The notes under the pieces are model-generated. The model worked only from the letters and a program-made list of their open reading frames with translations, searched no databases and was not told where the DNA came from. DNA of 62,938 nucleotides, counting the filler, from Lenisia limosa (taxonomy: Eukaryota; Protista; Breviatea): the NCBI GenBank assembly GCA_001655205.1. It is 8 parts of 8 records of this genome, joined end to end, with 100 filler letters (N's around TTAATTAATTAA, not from the genome) between each part and the next. Parts side by side here need not be neighbours in the genome. Positions count along the whole stretch, not along the records: positions 49,356 to 61,297 come from LPNZ01008484.1; positions 61,398 to 62,938 come from LPNZ01010499.1; 6 more parts are not named here. One strand, written 5' to 3'. The position numbers and the translations under genes are program-made. Positions 51,190 to 62,938 of this stretch are shown piece by piece. Position 1 is the stretch's first letter. Each line of letters starts with the position of its first letter.

Positions 51190-54100
51190 ATGCTACATTC
51201 TTTCAACTGTCCCTTAAGCAAGCCACATTACCTTCAGCTTACAATAACTTGCACTCCCTCTAGGCGTGATAGTTTTTCAGAGCCCATTTTTCTGATCCCT
51301 TCAGACTCGATGCTTGCCGAGGCCATGTTTGAGCATTGGCGTATCAAACACACGACAGAGCAGGGTAGATATCACGTCTTTGGCCTTGCTCTATTCTCGG
51401 TCTTATTTTTATGTATGTGGCGTACTCCTGTCGTTTAAATCCTGTATTGGCATTTCATAGTAGATGAATGTGCCTTTTGTCCATTTTTACCTTGTAGTGG
51501 TCCCTCCTCTTCACGGTGTGCTAGAGTCAGCAGTGTCGGTCTTCAGTTTCTTAATGTTTATCGGGATGATGATACTCATTTTCTTCCTGACGTTCACGGC
51601 TCAAACAAGCACACGGTGTCAGTATCTCAGCGCTGTTCTTAAGGAGTCCAAGTCTGTGGAGTGTTACGGTGCTTTTGTTCATTGCGTCTCAACAGAGCAT
51701 ATTTTGGGATAAATTAACCTTTTAGTTCTCGTGATGACACTAGTACTCTTCTTTCTTCGCCAAGCTTGGGTGGTGAGGGTGGCTGTTGCAGTATATATTT
51801 TGACTTCGTCTGGACAAAAAACCAAGCTGAGAATATCGCGTCTTTCACGGTTATAGAATCTTGGTGGTTTGATCGTACTACAACAGCAATTTGGTTCTGC
51901 AGCTCTGGTTTTTTTGGATTGGGTTGGGGGAGAGGGTTATTTCAGTGTTGTCTTTTTTTTTCCTCTTAATTTCTCTTAATTTATTTTCCTTTTTTTATAT
52001 TCTCATTGCTTTTTTAGGTATTTACTACACCCAAGTTTTCTCCCATACTGCCGATTTCCCTGCAGCAGCAGTGGTCTTCTTCTGTGGTTTCTATAGTAAT
52101 TAGGAGAGCACTTTTCTCTTATTTTCTATCTTTGTTTACTCATACTGTAGCATTTTTTTCGAGTAGTGAAATGCAACCTGCTGTTTGTCTCCCTGCACTT
52201 GTAAGAGCCCTCCCTGACTGCTTGCTGACCATCTTTTCTGTGAAATATTGTTGTGATCCTTTTAGACTGGGTTCTTGTTTTTTGCAGAGTTCCACTTTAT
52301 TCGTTGGAGCTACATGGTAGTGTCCATTGTGATTGCCTATGTTCTTGGAAGAAAGGTGGGGGGGGGGGGGTNNNNNNNNNNNNNNNNNNNNNNNNNNNNN
52401 NNNNNNNNNNNNNNNNNNNNNNNNNNNNNNNNNNNNNNNNNNNNNNNNNNNTGCCTGGACAAAACAGATAATCGATGCCACCATTCGGCTGGAGAGGGAG
52501 ACTGAAGATATGAGTATGTTAGAAATAACTTACCAAAGCATTCTGGGTGGATGGGTTTATGTTATGAGCTATTTATGTTTTACCAAGATGATACTGTCTG
52601 GCTAAAATCACAAATTTAGATTCACTTTCTGCTGCACTTCTGCCAACAACACTCTCCAATGATCTCCAGCTTGGTGTTCCCATGACGTCTCTTGCGCGAG
52701 AGTACGCAAACGTCACCGTGATTGCAATCAGAGTAGGGAGGGAGTTCAACTTCACATATGATAGTATAAAACGTACATACTGGTATGAAATAGTATGATG
52801 TGGTATGGTATAATTTTTTGGGAAATATTTTTCTCATACGCTCAGATCTGCATTGAAGGCTCCAATGGGGATAGTGAAACAGTGGCAGTGCTTCATGGCA
52901 TCTCAAGCGCTTTCGACAAAGTTCTCCACTCACATGGATTGTTTGAGGGATTAAGTAAACACATGATATGAACTTTGCCATGAGAAAAGGACAGCATGAT
53001 ATGAGCTTTGACATGAGAAAAGGACAGTATGATATGAGCTTTGCCATGAGCTTTGACATGAGAAAAAGAGTAGTAGTATTAACCATCCAGGAGCAAACTG
53101 GAGCAGCAAGGCCTGACATATACTGTTCTTGTAGGTGCACCGCAACCTCGCCAAAGCCATGCAAAATTCTCTCTTGAGGTGGAGAGGGGGGAGGGAAATA
53201 AAATTGTTAAATGTCAGTTGTAATCAAGTATCTTAAGTCCTAAAGATATATTCTGCTTTGTTCTTCTGAACCATGACTATTCAGGTTGCTTCTGAGCTCA
53301 ATGAAATTGTCAATGCACTCGTGAGTTATTTTGTTGATTGTAGTGCTGAAATTATACCAAAATTTACATCCATTAGCATTTTATTACAATTCAGTTTTCG
53401 AAGCGCAGCAATTCAGCCAATTCCTACTCCACAAAGACAACACGTGAGTTTCAAGATATCTGACTTGGGTTGCCATTTTCACTTTTCAGAAACGGAGGCA
53501 TTACCCCAAAACGAGTACATTCCTGTAAGCGAGCATCATTACATAACTGTGTCATTGGATTTTACTTTGATGATGTTCTCCTGATTGACCCTCATCATAG
53601 CTCCATAAACATATCATATATAATTATCCCAACATCTCATAGTATGTCATAATCTTTTGATATCATATGCTATATATCATGATATAATACAATGAGAATT
53701 TTTGATACAACATATGTATGGAGAGATTGGGTGAGAGGATTGTGCCCCCGCAAGTAACTTACATTGCAGCGCTCAGAAACCGAAACCGCGTACTACTCCG
53801 CCAAAGACGCCATTACAGAAGCTGCTTCGAATCTAATGCAACATGGGGGTAAAGCCTCCCTCAAAATTGGAATTGCTTCAGGTAAAACTGCTCTTCTCTT
53901 GTTACTCTTTGTTTCGTTTTCTTTCTATACTTGCCTACTTCGTTATGCCATGCATAATATGTGAAAGATTCTCTCTACCAAGTCTTCTTGTTTACCAAAA
54001 ACCATGTTTTGTTCATTGACCGTCACAATCTACTGTTTTAATCACCCCAAGGTGACGTGATTGGAGGTATTCTCGGTCGAGTATCGCCCCATTTCGGTGT

Positions 54101-57100
54101 TGTTGGCTTTCCCGTGAATGAGGCTCTCCAAGCGTCTGAAGTAGCACCAAAATCAGCCATTGTGGTTAGAGGCTTTTGAATGGTTCATTGACATGAACTT
54201 GGTGCTTGCATTACACCTTCGCAGGTGACACCCTCGACAGTGCAGGTCATTGAAGCAGACTCAGGACTGGTGGTACTGTCTGCAATGAGTAACTTCTCTG
54301 AAACAATGTCCTTTGTCCAATCTGTAACTGATGGGTTGGATGGGCGCTCTTCAAGGTTTTAATGTATTAATTGTTTCTGTTTTTTAGAGTTCTCACGGTT
54401 TGCTTTTCGTCATAAGAAGTCTTTGATTTCACCAATTTAGCTTATTCCCACTGGCTCAGTCTTCAGCTACTCTGTATGCCTTTGTTCATATTTCTCAAGC
54501 AGTGAATAGTACAGGTTACTGTGAGGATCAACACATTCATAAGTAACAGAATGAGGATAGTAATGGGCACCAATGTGCGCAAGCTTATTATAAACTGAAT
54601 AGCAATTCTCTGATTCATTCTTTCCTCAGAACGAGTTCCGAAGATTCAGGTTCCACTCGCCACTTGCCAAGTATGTGTGTTACCTAGGGCTTCCCTACTG
54701 TCCCAAAAAAGACTGAATTTCTCACTACATTCTCTGGAAGCCCTAGTGTTACCCTTCTTTGACGGGCTTAATCTTGACTCGACCTTTTCCTTTCGGTTAC
54801 AATGAATTGTTGTGGTTGCACCTCCTCCCCACATCCCACATGCGAAGTTTATNNNNNNNNNNNNNNNNNNNNNNNNNNNNNNNNNNNNNNNNNNNNNNNN
54901 NNNNNNNNNNNNNNNNNNNNNNNNNNNNNNNNNNNNNNNNNNNNCCTCTTCTACCACCCGCGCCACCCTTTAAAATACAGCCCTCTCTGATCAATGCAGG
55001 TCGGGAGTGGTTGGGTTCCCTTTTTGAATTTACTATAAATCCCACAATGATATGTAACATAGTATATTGGTATGCTGGGGAGTGACAGAAAGTTGTGTGT
55101 TCAGAGTTGTAAGGCAAATGGTTGGGTGAATTACTATTAGCGTGATATTTCTCATCTCTGTATTATTATAATATATCGTATCGATATACATACATAGTAT
55201 AGTATGCATCATATAGCATGTTTTGCAAGCAAAACTCACACACGTTTTAGACCCACCTTCCCCAGTCACAGAGGNNNNNNNNNNNNNNNNNNNNNNNNNN
55301 NNNNNNNNNNNNNNNNNNNNNNNNNNNNNNNNNNNNNNNNNNNNNNNNNNNNNNNNNNNNNNNNNNNNNNNNNNNNNNNNNNNNNNNNNNNNNNNNNNNN
55401 NNNNNNNTCACTCACCTTGCACTTGTTCCCTTTGGAAGTAGAATCCTGAAGGGTTGTGGTGAGGGGGTATTTTACGCATTGGAATGAAGATGTTGGTTGC
55501 TGAGATGCTTGTATAGGGACTCTGATAGGGACATATAACCTAACTTTCTAGGGTTAAGACGGATATTTCTTGTCCGTCCTTCTCCTGGAGGAAGGCGGTT
55601 ACACGAAGTGGTGGGGGGGGGGGGGNNNNNNNNNNNNNNNNNNNNNNNNNNNNNNNNNNNNNNNNNNNNNNNNNNNNNNNNNNNNNNNNNNNNNNNNNNN
55701 NNNNNNNNNTAATGCTGCATTGATCTTGGTACCATATCAGAGCTCATATCAGAGCTAATGGTATCAGAGCTAATCCCTCGTTGATCTTGGTGACATCACC
55801 TAAGCAGATTTCTTTCTATTTTAAGTTAAATTAAGTCCTCATCTGTCGGGTCAGATTAACCCATGGTTTAGCCTATGAATTTGAGGTCATTCCGCTCATC
55901 CGCTTGGGCTGCCCTGCAACAAGCCACTATTATCCACAGTAACGAACGAACCATTCAACAGGCTGCTCTAAGTGCGTGGATAGTGAGGTGAAAGCAAACT
56001 TTCTTCGATTTTATCGAATATCGTATTCAGTCTACTCTCTGAAACCCTCATCACCCTACAGAACACGTACGAAACCGTCCTGACCCGCCTATGTTTCAAC
56101 CCTCCTTCCCAACCTTGCCGTCTTCTGCAACTTCTCAGGGTCACGTATGTGGGGAAGGAATGGATAGGAGAAGGGCCTGTAGGTCTCAACACTTGCGTAA
56201 ATTGTGAACTGAGGGAGAGTCAAAAATGTTTAGGTATTGGAAATATTCGTGTTTTACTTATCCCTTATCAATTTCAATCAGGATTACCTCTCACTCATGT
56301 GTCATCTTTTCATTCTTCTGTAGTCTGAAGGCTCACTGGGGCTACGTAAGTACTTCAACGGAAGTACTGATAGTTTGGACAGTCATTCCTACGATTCAGG
56401 GTCGCTAAATAACACTTTTTTCGTGCATGGATATGTGAGCTTTTCCTGGGGTGCTTTTTTAATTTGGTCAAAGATCGTTTCAAATGTTAGATTACTTAAA
56501 ACTTGGTGCTATTTGATTCGAAAAAGGCTGAAAGGTTCCATTCACTGTTTAGCCCGTCTACAGAAACATTGTTCTGATGTTCGCGGCAGTTTACTTTCCT
56601 CTTTCGCTTCTTTTCTTCATAGCCGACGACAAAGATGTTGTCACAAAGGTAATCACAGAGATTGTATTATTGTTCTTACCTTTTTCAGACCCGAGCTTAC
56701 GTTTTCCTGATTATTGCGATTGTCTCGTCTCTCCTTTACCATGCACACACCATCCTCAATGAGACAGCTCTCAGGTACATTTCCCTCTGCTACCAAGGTA
56801 TGTACCAAAGGCGTTTTGTATTATTATGTGAAGCTATTCCATCTTACTGTTTGTGATTTTTGCCACATTAAATACTTTTATTATACCATCTCTCTCTCGA
56901 TATGATACAGTATAATATAATATAATATAATATACTACTTTTACATGATACATCATTACTAGTACCAATCATTTTACCCCCCCCCCNNNNNNNNNNNNNN
57001 NNNNNNNNNNNNNNNNNNNNNNNNNNNNNNNNNNNNNNNNNNNNNNNNNNNNNNNNNNNNNNNNNNNNNNNNNNNNNNNNNNNNNNNNNNNNNNNNNNAG

Positions 57101-58290
57101 CACACCCATTCGACTTGGATGAAGAACCACAGCAAGGCTTCATTTGCTTTGTCCTCTTGTTTCTTACAATTGCGTACACCAATGCTGGGTTTCCACCAAA
57201 GTGAGAGTTGAGAGAATTCACTACTTATAGCATTTTTCGAAGAACAGTTCGTCCCCCTTGTTCACACTTTATATATACATCATATACATATCAAATATGA
57301 TATATATATATATATGTGTGAATATAAAGTATATATATCATATATGATATATACTACTAATATATAATAGACAGTACATCTTCACTTTCACACTTTATTT
57401 TAACGACTCATAATTCAGTTATTGTGCCCTCGGGATATGCTGGATGACCCTTCTCGTAGCTGCTTGGAGTGTCACTGGTTTCGACCTTTCTCTTTCATTG
57501 AGGTGAGCACTCCTTTCAGTGTTGATACTACCTCTTATTACCCATATTGAATACATTTATCACCGCCCCACCCCGTAGAGTTGTTTTCCTTGGTATGGCC
57601 ACTTTGGTTAGTCTGATTCTCGCCCGTAATCAGTTTGAAGATTTCCTTATTATCCATAAAACCCAGGTTTGTTGGGCAATGTTTTGAATTATATTAATGC
57701 TGTGTAAGCAAGATATTCATGGGATCAGACCCTACTCCTATCTCGTCTCCTTTATGCTTTCAGATTATCCGAGCAAGGCAACACTCAATTTCAGAACGCC
57801 TGATCCAGAACATTGTTCCTGAGCATATGGTGATTCCCCTTCTCTTGGTATGTGGACTGTTTTTGTTTTGATTTTGGGTTGATAATTCCATGATTTACGA
57901 TCCTATTAGTGAGTTCTGTTTTTTATAATAGCAAAACCCTCGTGTCCGCCTGACCGCGTAGCTGCGACATGAAAGGTGTGTCAATTCAATCACAGATCGC
58001 CTGCAGTCTGCTATCACTGTTGTTCACTCAAATATCGACGATTTCACCAAGGTTTGCCTTTCGTTAACTTGATATGAAAGATGTTTTGGGGGATATGGTG
58101 AGGGGGGGTGTCCAATACCCCTCCGTATCACAATCACCTCCCCCCTCCACCCAACCTTGCTAAAATGGTGCTTTGACATTCCCTTATTATCCCTCTCCAG
58201 ATGGCTGCGAACCTTTCAGCTTCAGATGTCTTCTCTGTACTATATAACATCTTTGAGACTCTTGATGACACCGCACATGCACTTCAAGGA
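51190..58290 (+). CDS. Membrane class III nucleotide cyclase-like protein (TM-C1-TM-C2), degenerate active-site motifs; 3' part of C2 missing
   Basis: Hydrophobic exons at 51.2-52.4 kb. C1: NSLSAALLPTTLSNDLQLGVPMTSLAREYANVTVIAIR|ICIEG..VAVLHGISSAFDKVLHSHGL|SKLEQQGLTYTVLVGAPQPRQSHAKFSLE|..SLKIGIASG|DVIGGILGRVSPHFGVVGFPVNEALQASE. A second hydrophobic block at 56-57.6 kb. C2: ISERLIQNIVPEHM|LRHERCVNSITDRLQSAITVVHSNIDDFTK|MAANLSASDVFSVLYNIFETLDDTAHALQG. Start codon is tentative. Confidence 0.8.
52965..53070. repeat. ~33 bp tandem repeat in a cyclase intron
   Basis: atgatatgarctttgmcatgagaaaaggacagy repeated about three times. Confidence 0.75.
53553..53640 (+). mobile_element. Short fragment of the same Penelope-like RT (motif C, FYFDDVLLIDPHHS) inside a cyclase intron
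   Basis: Nucleotide match to 60575-60630 (gattgaycctcatcatagctyc...atcccaacatct) with an extra ~15 nt encoding DDVLL. Confidence 0.6.
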
Positions 58291-58656
58291 AGGCGAATTT
58301 ATACTCACGGTGGGAAATTTTTGATATGGTATCATATAGTATAGTACGTGTTGTATATCGATATATATTATATCATACTATAGTAAACATGCGTTAAGTA
58401 AAAAATATATGTATAGTCAAAGCTCCGGACATCATTCAAAATTCCCGGACACATCAAAACTCCCGGACAGCTTGAGTTTTTCATACAAAATCACCATAAA
58501 CCACCTAGAAACCCTATTTCCCTTCTGTTTTTGAAAGTAATCTCAATCTTAATCAAATAATGAAACCCCAATTTAACATATTATCGGGTCAAAAACCAAA
58601 TTAAGTCCCTAAGCTCTCTATTTACGGTCCAAAAACGGTCAAAAACAAGCAAAAAC

Positions 58657-61000
58657 ACATAGAGCAAGGAAGTGAAAAATATATACGTGGGTCGAACCAT
58701 AAACACAGCTTGGGACCGCTTTACACATTACCAATCTAAAGCACGTAACGATAGAGGACATGATTTACCTCTCTACCCATTTATGAATCGACATGGCAGA
58801 TCCATTTTTATATCATTCCACTTGAACTGATTGATACGAAATTCCCGGTAGCCAAAGCTAACTCCAGAGAACTTCGCTCGGCCAGGCGTCAGCAACCGTC
58901 AGTTGAAGGGCAAATGGAAGCGACTACAAACCGCATCTACGCGTTTCGACATTGGCAGCGACGTCTTCAGGTCCTTATCACATATATGCGCCATCACAAT
59001 TCTACTATCCCTCATCCATACTTCCTCCCATACTGCCGGTCCAATCTACAACAAATGCTTGGGCATGCAATATGTGAAGGCATAGAGGGGGCGTCAGTGG
59101 AGGAGACGCATGCTGTTTCGGCGACTATTGGACTCTTCCTTCCCGCTGACTACCATCCTCCTCCCACAATCAAAGATAGTCGTTCGGATTCCATTAATAT
59201 TAGGTTTTGACAATTCTCTCATAAATTAGTTAATATTCGCAACGCCATTAAATGTTCCGTAGATTTATTGCCTGATAACTGTCCGTTCGACCTTCAAAGT
59301 CTCTCTGTTCAATATAAATGTAATGTTCCTGTATCTAGACGCATCCTTTATCATATTAAAGTAGCTGAGTAGTTGGAAGCGCCAAACCTCTTGGAGGCTG
59401 AAAATTGTCCATGTCAGCTTAATCCTGATTATATGTCTATTTCCCCTTCTGATTGTCCTACTTCCCACTGTAATCATGTTTTAACGGGAAATCTTGCTTG
59501 TATGAAGAATAGTAACCTCAGTACACTAAGTTGGTTGGGTCGTCGTTACCGTTCCGATGATGATGGTGATCTACCTGCTGAAGTGGAAGAAAAACTCGCT
59601 TGTTACATCAGAAATAAGGTTGCGGCTCTGGAATTCGGGATATTGTCCTCCCTTCTTTGCGTTTGCCGACTTTATTGACCAAGTCAACACCAATGTGAGG
59701 ACCCAAATGGCTTCTTCCTGCCCCAGTGATAGACCAGCACTGCGGAAAAATGACCTCAAGGCGCTGTCAAGAATCCAGCAAGCCTTTGTCATCGTTCCAG
59801 TAGATAAAGCGAGTGATAATTTCATCATTTTTTGTCGTGAACACTATAACCTTATTATTTGGAATGAACTTCACAATTATACTCTCACAGCCGAGCCGCT
59901 TGCTAATATTGAATGCAATTTACGCAATAGTGGGGGAAAGTAGGGTAACCTAGCTGACGGTACCCTTCCTTACCTCTACGCACTCCCTAAAATGCATAAA
60001 TCCCCAATAAGCTTCAGATTCATCGCCGGCGGTAAAGATGTAATCGCTTCTGTACCTTCTAAGCTTTTATGCTCCATGCTTACCGATATTGAGAGTACAC
60101 TATGGCTTCATCTGGCCAACGCCGTCATATTATAACCCATTCTGCTAAGCAGGCTGCACAACAAATTAATCATATTGGGACTGCCCATTCGCTACATATG
60201 ATTTCTCAACACTTTATACCAAGTTCATACAGTCAGACCTCATAAATGATGTTAATAGCTTAGTTCACTCATATTTCTGAAGAGGATAACATCTCTATCG
60301 ACAATCTGAAATTATGTCTCAAACCTTGATTCGTTCAACGCCATCATGGAACCAATAGTGTCCTGTCTAAATCTGATATCTATGATATACTTCACTGGGT
60401 TGTTTCTAATACGTATGTTCATAATGGTGATCTCACCTTTCATCAAACGGTCGGCCTACCCATGGGTACCAATGCAGCTCCTCTGCTCGCTAACCTTGGG
60501 CTGTATCGCCACGAAAGGGGCTTTGTCTTGAGTCATCAGGACGACACAGTGATATCAACCTTCAACAACGCCAGAAGGTTTTTGATTGATCCTCATCATA
60601 GCTTCGATAAAAATATTATCCAACATCTGATGATATTGACCCTATCTACTCACCCTATCTGCAATTATCACAAACATCCGCTTCCACAACTGAAGTGGGT
60701 TATCTTGGTATACAGGTTAACATTCACGATAAACGCAGGGATTTTTGTTTTAAAGTCAATCAATATCCACATATCCATTCCACTATTCCGAAACATATTG
60801 TAAAAAGTGTCTTGAACGGGCAACTCACGCGATATGGTCGATTGTGTTCTCAACCGAGATACTTCGCCTACAACGCTGCTCGTCTCATCCGAACCCTTAA
60901 TACCAATGGATATCATCTTGCATTCCTCAAGAAATTAACTATGTCGTCCATCTTCAGGTTCAAGTTTGCATTTATGACACCCCATCGAAAAAAAAACTGA
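58657..61000 (+). mobile_element. Decayed Penelope-like retroelement with N-terminal GIY-YIG endonuclease, CxC linker and C-terminal RT (Naiad/Chlamys type)
   Basis: KNIYVGRT..AWDRFTHY..LYPFMNRHG..FYIIPLE..NSRE (GIY-YIG core); ENCPCQ..HVLTGNL..NSNLSTLSWLGRRYR (CxC linker); VIVPVDKASDNF; LPYLYALPKMHK; TYDFSTLYT; GLPMGTNAAPLLANLGLY; YLGIQV..HDKRRDF..YPHIHSTIP..GQLTRYGRLC. Several stops and frameshifts. Confidence 0.88.
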
Positions 61001-61297
61001 GGGCGCTTCGCCTAAGCAACCTCACTGGCCTCATAGACTAGGGGATCTCTCCACCTGAGACCTAGTCCTACTATTGAACCACTTATAATCTGTTCTCCTT
61101 TGAGGACGTTATCAATATTAACGATAATATTATTCTATAAAGCCTTTGATGTCTGCAATTCTAACTCTCTGGCACCTCCTGAGTGGCATAAGACGGATTT
61201 AGGAGGGCCTACCTGGGTTATTATGCACGCAGAAAGCTTTGTGCAGATGTAAGGCAAATGATTGGGTGAATTAATATAATACTAAGCGTGATGGTGT

Positions 61298-61397
61298 NNN
61301 NNNNNNNNNNNNNNNNNNNNNNNNNNNNNNNNNNNNNNNNNTTAATTAATTAANNNNNNNNNNNNNNNNNNNNNNNNNNNNNNNNNNNNNNNNNNNN
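61298..61397. other. Artificial scaffold spacer
   Basis: TTAATTAATTAA at 61342-61353. Confidence 0.95.
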
Positions 61398-61730
61398 AGG
61401 CGATTTCAAGTCTTTCAACGGACAGTTGGCACCTCTCGGCCTAAAGCTTCGTGACATGATCGGAGATGGCAACTGCCTTTTTAGGTTTGCCATACTGCTT
61501 TTCGCCTCCGGCTTTCTGTAGAGAATAGTCTTTTTTATCTCGAAAAAGAGCCATAAGTGATTAAAATTCCTTACTGCTTCTTGATAAAAACCTTGAAAAC
61601 CATCGACCGAAAAACCCGAAGCTGCTCACGAAACAACATATATCATATGTACAACCTTATTTTTTATTTCTCATTGCTCTTAGGTCTGCAGCTGATCAGC
61701 TGATCGGAAACGCCCATCAACATAGCGAGT
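61398..61730 (+). CDS. OTU-family deubiquitinase, internal fragment
   Basis: GQLAPLGLKLRDMIGDGNCLFR|SAADQLIGNAHQHSE across intron 61485-61683; GDGNCLFR..ADQL is the OTU catalytic Cys motif. Confidence 0.8.
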
Positions 61731-62938
61731 ACGTTGGTGATGCTTTTGGTGGAAATGTTGACNNNNNNNNNNNNNNNNNNNNNNNNNNNNNNNNNNNNNN
61801 NNNNNNNNNNNNNNTTTCTTTATTTCTCTGTTATTTTTTTATTGTAATTATTACTTTTTCAACCTTGGCAATTACAGTCCAAGTTTTTAATCCGAACTTT
61901 TTTGAACTTTCTCGCAATTTCTTCAAAGGAATAACAGCAAACGTGGACTTCGGAGTGACATCAGCATTAAATACTGGGAAATAAGACCAAAATGTTATTA
62001 AAACCATTAATACATGCTCCCCATTAATACAGCACTATGCTCAAACCATTAATACAGCATCATACTCCAAAAAAAAACACATACGATATTGAGTCCTGTT
62101 GCTTAATGCGCTTCTTTCGAGTTGATAATGCATAGGGGAATGTGGTGATATATCGTTCGAAGAGAGGTCACAAAGTCCAGCCTTGATGAGACCTGACTTT
62201 GAAGTTGGATATTTTCAAAAAATTACTCTGTTCAATAATAATTTTTAAAGATAGCCTTTTCCTGGTTTTTTCAGTATTAAACAGAGCAAATATTCTTTCC
62301 ATATCTACGAGCGGACTCAACTCTTGAGTCGCTTCAGCTCTTGACTGGTTGAGTCGAGGTCTTGTTGGTATTGCCTTTTCAGGTCTCGTCCCATCAAGGT
62401 CATTTTGAGGACACACTAAATATGTGGTGATAAAGTGAGAAAACAAATAAGGTGAGTACATTTTAAAAATAAGGCAGTAGTGCAAAAACAAAACAAAGGG
62501 CAACGAAATGTATTTGGAAAGGTCTAGAAGGGGGAGAAAGTGTTTAAAGGGAGGAATAGTAGTAGAGTTTGAAAGACAATTATTCACTTTAGTAAAGTTG
62601 TCTTCATTACTTGTTTATATAAATGGAAAAATCACCTTACTCACACACCTCCAACCTGATAGTTTGATCTCATCAGCATTGAGAGACCCTCGAGTCAGAA
62701 AACACGAATCAAGGTTTCGCCGAATTTGGCCATTGATCCCGTTGGCAAAAATCACTGTCTTCGCCCTTTCTACTTGTGATCAAAACGACAAAACTCAAAC
62801 AAAAGTTCTCAAAATGTAGAAAATTAGCTGACAGAACAGTTTGGAAAAGATAAACTGATGCCTTTTTTGCCAATCTCATTTATTCGCTGCTATGTGAACT
62901 ATTCTTCTGTGTCAGAGATGGAGTTAGAGGATATTGCC

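Noticed and set aside
59208-59210. In-frame TGA in the PLE ORF as possible selenocysteine (known in some Naiads)
   Set aside because: The copy also has in-frame TAG codons, frameshifts and a deleted catalytic motif, so ordinary decay explains it; no SECIS was recognised.
61001-61130. GC-richer 3' flank of the PLE as a possible hammerhead ribozyme
   Set aside because: No CUGAUGA/GAAA core with flanking stems was found by eye.
62168-62819. Overlapping ORFs at the window end
   Set aside because: Some minus-strand segments look exon-like, but I could not build a consistent spliced chain or recognise a family.

Overview
Intron-dense, AT-rich eukaryotic (probably protist) draft sequence in the standard code (TAA ends several reconstructed genes). 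The window is eight scaffolds joined by artificial N44-TTAATTAATTAA-N44 spacers, so adjacency across spacers has no biological meaning. All genes were reconstructed by hand from GT..AG exons because the ORF track is mostly uninformative here. Recognisable genes: MCM6 (partial), a divergent pyruvate kinase, RPT3/PSMC4 (3' part), NAP1 (partial), a TM-C1-TM-C2 class III nucleotide cyclase lacking the visible metal-binding Asp residues, an OTU deubiquitinase fragment and an SH2-like protein. The main discovery is a 25 kb tandem array (8.3-33.6 kb) of four paralogous secreted proteins built almost entirely from a 6-Cys module (C-x6-12-C-x3-4-C-x5-10-C-x9-20-C-x-C) that I do not recognise. Paralog 3 has expanded a phase-symmetric 4-exon cassette to four copies using a chimeric exon. 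Also present: a repeat family that ends at 3' splice sites in host-sense orientation (introner-like), a decayed Penelope-like retroelement with N-terminal GIY-YIG (Naiad/Chlamys type), and at least five MITE families.
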